Positions 59,724 to 64,000 of a DNA stretch of 64,000 nt are shown in pieces. The stretch's first letter is position 1. Each line of letters begins with the position of its first letter. A program made the position numbers and the translations under genes. This DNA is from Longimicrobiales bacterium (GTDB taxonomy: Bacteria > Gemmatimonadota > Gemmatimonadetes > Longimicrobiales > Gaopeijiaceae). The stretch is taken from positions 2,560,001 to 2,624,000 of the forward strand of contig CBDFIQ010000002.1 of NCBI GenBank assembly GCA_965248195.1, in the 5' to 3' direction. Below the pieces are notes generated by a model, which saw only the letters and a list, made by a program, of their open reading frames with translations, made no database searches and was not told the origin of the DNA.

Positions 59724-59752
59724 TTGCCGCTCTGGGGCGTGACGTGCATAAT
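59724..59752 (+). promoter_or_regulatory. Putative sigma-70 promoter of frd
   Basis: TTGCCG, 17 bp, CATAAT. Confidence 0.55.
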
Positions 59753-59851
59753 CGGGTCGCCTATGCCCACCACGACCACCCGCCTCCGGAGAATCCGCGC
59801 CGAAAATCACGACGGAAGCGTTTCGTTTAGTGTGGTGTTCCGGGTCCCCTC

Positions 59852-61591
59852 GTGACCACTTCTCATGACGTATTACTGGTGGGGGGCGGCGGAGCAGGAT
59901 TACGTGCGGCCATTGCCATCGCGGAAACCTACCCCAGCCTCCGCGTCGCCGTCGTCTCCAAGGTGTATCCCATGCGCAGCCACACGGTCTCTGCGGAGGG
60001 AGGCTCTGCAGGAGTAATCGCCGCTGACGACTCCCTCGACGAGCACGCCTATGACACCATCTCCGGTGGCGATTGGATGTGCGATCAAGACGCTGTCGAC
60101 GAGTTCGTGAGGGAGGCTCCCGAGGAGCTGCTCAGGCTGGAACACTGGGGTTGTCCCTGGAGTCGCACGCCCGAGGGGCGAGTTGCGGTGCGTGCGTTCG
60201 GCGGCATGAAGAACAAGCGAACGTGGTTCGCGGCCGACAAGACCGGCTTCCACATGCTCCACACACTCTTCCAAACCTCACTCAAATACACGAGCGTCGT
60301 TCGATACGACGAGTGGTTCGTGACGAAGCTCCTGGTCGATGATGGCCAGGTCCGAGGCGTCGTGGCGCTGGAGCTGATGTCCGGCAAGATCCAACCGATT
60401 CTGGCCAAGGCCGTCATTCTGTGCACGGGCGGCTGCGGCCGTGTGTTTCCGTTCACCACCAACGCCAGCATCAAGACCGGAGACGGCATGGCGTTGGCTT
60501 ACGCGGCCGGCGCGCCGCTCAAGGACATGGAGTTCGTCCAGTATCACCCGACGGGCCTCCCGTTCACCGGCATCCTCATCACCGAGGCGGCGCGGTCCGA
60601 GGGAGGCTGGTTGCTCAACAAAGACGGCTACCGCTACCTGCAAGACTACGACCTGGGCACGCCGGAGCCGAAACCGGTTCTGCGGAGCATGGAGATGGGG
60701 CCTCGGGACCGTCTGTCGCAGGCCTTCGTGAAGGAGGTGGAGCAAGGGCGGACCATCGATGGCCCTTACGGCCCGGTGGTTCACCTCGACCTGCGGCATT
60801 TGGGCAGGCAGGTCATCGACGCCAGGATTCCGTTTGTGCGCGAGCTGTGTCAGAAATACCAGAACATCGACCCGGTCAAGGAGATGATCCCGGTGCGGCC
60901 GGTCATCCACTACATAATGGGAGGAGTCCACACCGACATCGACGGTGCTACACCACTGGCCGGGCTGTACGCGGCTGGTGAGGTCGCGTGCGTGAGCATC
61001 AACGGCGCGAACCGGCTGGGATCCAATTCCCTGTCAGAGCTGCTCGTTTTCGGCGCGCGCGCCGGCCGTGCGGCGGCGGAGTATGCGTCCACCCAGACGG
61101 ATGCGAACTCCAGTCTGCTGGCGCAGGCAGAGGATGAAAAACGGCGTTTGGAGCGCGACTTCCTGCACAAGACGGATGGCACGGAACGCCCCGCGACCAT
61201 TCGCGAAGAGATGCAGGAGGCCATGGAGCAGGGCGCCGGCATCTATCGCTCGGGAGAGGGACTGACCCGGGCAGCCGACCGGCTGCGGGAGCTCCAAGAG
61301 CGCTTTCGTAACGTGGCCGTGCAGGATAGCAGCCGAACCTTCAACACCGAGCTGACCTCCGTCTTGGAGCTGTCGTTCATGCTCGACGCTGCCGAGTCCA
61401 TCGTCCAGTGTGCGTTGCAACGCGAAGAATCCCGGGGTGCACACCAACGGACCGACTTCACCGGCCGTGACGACGAACGTTTCTTGGCGCACTCACTCAT
61501 CTATCGTAATCCCGACGGCTCCTCCAGGGTCGAATACCTGCCGGTGACGATCACCCGGTGGCCCCCTGGCGAGCGAGTGTACGGGAGGTAA
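59852..61591 (+). CDS. frdA: Fumarate reductase flavoprotein
   Basis: [30 protein letters not shown] and ESRGAH motifs. Confidence 0.95.
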   Translation: MTTSHDVLLVGGGGAGLRAAIAIAETYPSLRVAVVSKVYPMRSHTVSAEGGSAGVIAADDSLDEHAYDTISGGDWMCDQDAVDEFVREAPEELLRLEHWGCPWSRTPEGRVAVRAFGGMKNKRTWFAADKTGFHMLHTLFQTSLKYTSVVRYDEWFVTKLLVDDGQVRGVVALELMSGKIQPILAKAVILCTGGCGRVFPFTTNASIKTGDGMALAYAAGAPLKDMEFVQYHPTGLPFTGILITEAARSEGGWLLNKDGYRYLQDYDLGTPEPKPVLRSMEMGPRDRLSQAFVKEVEQGRTIDGPYGPVVHLDLRHLGRQVIDARIPFVRELCQKYQNIDPVKEMIPVRPVIHYIMGGVHTDIDGATPLAGLYAAGEVACVSINGANRLGSNSLSELLVFGARAGRAAAEYASTQTDANSSLLAQAEDEKRRLERDFLHKTDGTERPATIREEMQEAMEQGAGIYRSGEGLTRAADRLRELQERFRNVAVQDSSRTFNTELTSVLELSFMLDAAESIVQCALQREESRGAHQRTDFTGRDDERFLAHSLIYRNPDGSSRVEYLPVTITRWPPGERVYGR

Positions 61592-61596
61592 CGACC

Positions 61597-62340
61597 ATGG
61601 ATGACCGTATCACAATGCGCCTGGCGCGCTACCGTCCCGAGGAGGAGGGCGAACCGACGTTCGAGGAATACGAGGTGCCGTGCCACAAAGAGTGGGTGGT
61701 TCTCGACGGTCTCAACTACATCAAGGACCAGCTGGACGGTACCTTGTCGTTCCGTTGGTCGTGTCGCATGGGCATCTGCGGTAGTTGCGGCATGACCGTG
61801 AACGGAGAGCCGAAGCTGACGTGTGCAACGTTCCTCACCGACTACGCGCCGGGTCCCGTGCATGTCGAGCCGATGCAAAACTTCCCCGTCGTCCGGGACC
61901 TCATCGTCGAGATGACGGACTTCATGCAAAAGCTGGCCACGATCAAACCCTGGATCGTGCGCGACGAGGAACGGCCTCTTGCGGAAGGAGAGTACAGGCA
62001 AACGCCGGACGAACTGAGCGAGTACAAGCAGTACAGCATGTGCATCAATTGTATGCTGTGCTACGCCGCCTGCCCGGTTTACGGCCTCGACCCAGACTTC
62101 ATCGGGCCGGCCGCGATCGCTCTAGCCCAGCGGTACAATCTCGATTCCCGCGACGAGGGGTCCACTGAGCGTCTCGACCTTCTTTCCCTGCACGAGGGAA
62201 TCTGGGCCTGCACCTTCGTGGGCGAATGCACCAAGGTCTGTCCGAAGAACGTCGATCCCGCCGGCGCCATTCAACGTTACAAGCTGGATGCCGCGCTCAC
62301 GTCGCTCAAAGATTTGCTTTTGCCATGGGGCGCCAGATGA
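61597..62340 (+). CDS. frdB: Fumarate reductase Fe-S subunit
   Basis: [21 protein letters not shown] and [13 protein letters not shown] motifs. Confidence 0.95.
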   Translation: MDDRITMRLARYRPEEEGEPTFEEYEVPCHKEWVVLDGLNYIKDQLDGTLSFRWSCRMGICGSCGMTVNGEPKLTCATFLTDYAPGPVHVEPMQNFPVVRDLIVEMTDFMQKLATIKPWIVRDEERPLAEGEYRQTPDELSEYKQYSMCINCMLCYAACPVYGLDPDFIGPAAIALAQRYNLDSRDEGSTERLDLLSLHEGIWACTFVGECTKVCPKNVDPAGAIQRYKLDAALTSLKDLLLPWGAR

Positions 62341-62759
62341 GCGAGCAACCGACGTACACGCCTTTCCACCCGCGCTGGTATCGTCCGCGGATTTCCACGT
62401 GGTGGTGGTTGAGGCGCCGGTCCTCGCTCGCGTTCATCTTGCGCGAGGTGAGCAGCATCTTCGTGGCGTGGTTCGTCGTTTTCTTTCTGTTGCTGGTCGC
62501 TGCAGTGGGGCGTGGAGAGGCTGCGTACCAGGAGTTCATGGGTTGGGCCGCGAACCCGGGCATTTTGCTCGTCAACCTCATCAGCCTGTTCTTTGTCGTA
62601 TTCCACGCCGTCACTTGGTTCAACCTGGCACCCCAGGCAATGGTGGTGCACATGCGAGGCAAGCGAGTGCCGGGGAAATTGATTGCCGCTTCCAACTACG
62701 GCGCGTGGGTGGTGACCTCTCTCTTGGTGGCGTGGATCATCCTCGCTGGGTCGAGGTGA
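62337..62759 (+). CDS. frdC: Fumarate reductase anchor C
   Basis: WWL, LRE and [10 protein letters not shown] motifs. Confidence 0.9.
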   Translation: MSEQPTYTPFHPRWYRPRISTWWWLRRRSSLAFILREVSSIFVAWFVVFFLLLVAAVGRGEAAYQEFMGWAANPGILLVNLISLFFVVFHAVTWFNLAPQAMVVHMRGKRVPGKLIAASNYGAWVVTSLLVAWIILAGSR

Positions 62760-62784
62760 CCGTCCTCGCTGGGTCGAGGTAAGG

Positions 62785-63141
62785 ATGGCAAAGCGAACAA
62801 CGCTCGAGCCGCTCTTGTGGCTTCTTTTCAGCGCCGGGGGCGTGGTAGCCGCCCTGGTGATCCCGGTCCTGCTGTTGCTATTCGGCCTCGCCTTCCCTCT
62901 CGGCTGGCTGTCACCTCCCAGTCATGCGCACATGCTCGCGGTGCTGGGCCACCCACTTTCGCGCGTGACGATTTTCGTCTCGTGCACGTTGTTGTTGTTT
63001 CACTGGGCGCACCGCTTTCGCTTCACACTGTACGACGGGTTGCAGATCAAGCACCTGAACGAGCTGATCGTTCTACTGTCTTACGGGACCGTGCTCGCCG
63101 GTACCATTGCTGCTGGGTATCTCGTCTGGCAGCTTCCATAG
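62785..63141 (+). CDS. frdD: Fumarate reductase anchor D
   Basis: EPLLWLLFSAGG and HWAHR motifs. Confidence 0.9.
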   Translation: MAKRTTLEPLLWLLFSAGGVVAALVIPVLLLLFGLAFPLGWLSPPSHAHMLAVLGHPLSRVTIFVSCTLLLFHWAHRFRFTLYDGLQIKHLNELIVLLSYGTVLAGTIAAGYLVWQLP

Positions 63142-63178
63142 CGGAGTAGGACGCGCAAGCAGAACCCTGTCACACCCA

Positions 63179-63679
63179 TCACTCGATGCCGAGCTCCGTA
63201 GGCTCCTCCGGATCCGGAGCACAGTGCGGGTGTCGTTCGATCATCCTCACGCACGCGTTCCAACGGAGCGTCGCGTCTCCGACATCTGACGGGCGGGACT
63301 CAATGGCCAGTTCGTACTGCTCGAGGGCATACTGGAACCACTCGTAGGCGACGAAGCCCGACCGTTTGCCGCGTCGCCGAAGGAGCCCCTTGGCTTGACG
63401 CTCGCAGATCACACCGCCGTAGTACGCCCGCTCGTACTCTCCCTCGAGCCGAGGAAGCACCTCCCGCGCTTGCTTGAGAAGCGACGGGCCGCCCCCCTCG
63501 AATTGGTCGGTCCTGGCGAGAAGCAAATTGATCAGCGCTCGCTGATTGTCGGGGTCCACTTCGAGAATGTCGACGCAGATGCTCTCGGCTTCCTCAGGCT
63601 CGTTTAGAAGCCGGTAGTGCTCTGCCTTGGCTAGCGCCGGAGGCACCGCGTCCAGTGATAATCGCTTGAGTTCGAACAT
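63179..63679 (-). CDS. Hypothetical TPR-like helical protein
   Basis: MFELKRLS...AEHYRLLNEPEEAESIC; SD GGAG; downstream of sdhB. Confidence 0.7.
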   Translation of the reverse strand: MFELKRLSLDAVPPALAKAEHYRLLNEPEEAESICVDILEVDPDNQRALINLLLARTDQFEGGGPSLLKQAREVLPRLEGEYERAYYGGVICERQAKGLLRRRGKRSGFVAYEWFQYALEQYELAIESRPSDVGDATLRWNACVRMIERHPHCAPDPEEPTELGIE

Positions 63680-63726
63680 GTCACTCCGTCTCTCGCCGCT
63701 TGGTGTTTTCTGAATAACGAACGCAG

Positions 63727-64000
63727 CTATAGGGGAACCATCTTCCCCTGCCGATCGACGGGATCGCGTAGCGAGGCACGCAGGTAATCCCGGTTCAATT
63801 GGCCGATGAAGCCGATGCTTATCCCCTTGGGACATTGAGCCTCGCACTCCCCGTAGTTCCGGCAAGCACCGAAACCTTCCTGCTCCATCCGCGTGACCAT
63901 CCGCCGCACCCTTGTGTAGCGTTCCGGCTGGCCCTGGGGAAGCAACGCGAGATGCGACACCTTGGCGGCGGTGTACAGCATCGCCGAGGCGTTTGGGCAC
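63727..64000 (-). CDS. sdhB: Succinate dehydrogenase/fumarate reductase Fe-S subunit, 3' part (truncated by window edge)
   Basis: PNASAMLYTAAK...LLPQGQPER...GFGACRNYGECEAQCPK. Confidence 0.88.
   Translation of the reverse strand, partial: CPNASAMLYTAAKVSHLALLPQGQPERYTRVRRMVTRMEQEGFGACRNYGECEAQCPKGISIGFIGQLNRDYLRASLRDPVDRQGKMVPL

Overview
GC-rich bacterial chromosomal window, mostly housekeeping genes; gene content and style suggest Gemmatimonadota, but this is an unverified inference. In order: a HigBA-type toxin-antitoxin pair; an IS256 copy (a second, apparently identical copy lies 33.8 kb downstream); a parvulin PPIase, an M50 peptidase, a thioredoxin-like protein and greA; a nitrogen cluster (porin, NifA-like sigma-54 activator, two amt/P-II pairs); lysine 6-aminotransferase; a rhodanese-YeeE-TusA-rhodanese lipoprotein operon; purE and tyrS; menF-D-B-A-E; several exported peptidases and lipoproteins; an SSS symporter; ychF; leuABCD and ilvC-ilvE-ilvD, each behind a leader-peptide attenuator; an aldehyde dehydrogenase; an aquaporin; thrABC; frdABCD; and the 3' end of a second, convergent sdhB. 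The best-supported new signal is a sigma-54 nitrogen-scavenging regulon readable directly from the DNA: three -24/-12 promoters, each preceded about 90 bp upstream by a tandem pair of CCTAC-N6-GTAGG palindromes, plus a single site in front of the NifA-like activator. This motif is neither the NifA nor the NtrC consensus. Other candidates are two unexplained structured RNA or small-ORF loci (about 1085-1366 and 5936-6330), a possible trans-membrane sulfur relay, and a Thr-rich uORF coupled to frdA. All calls come from reading the sequence; no database searches were run.
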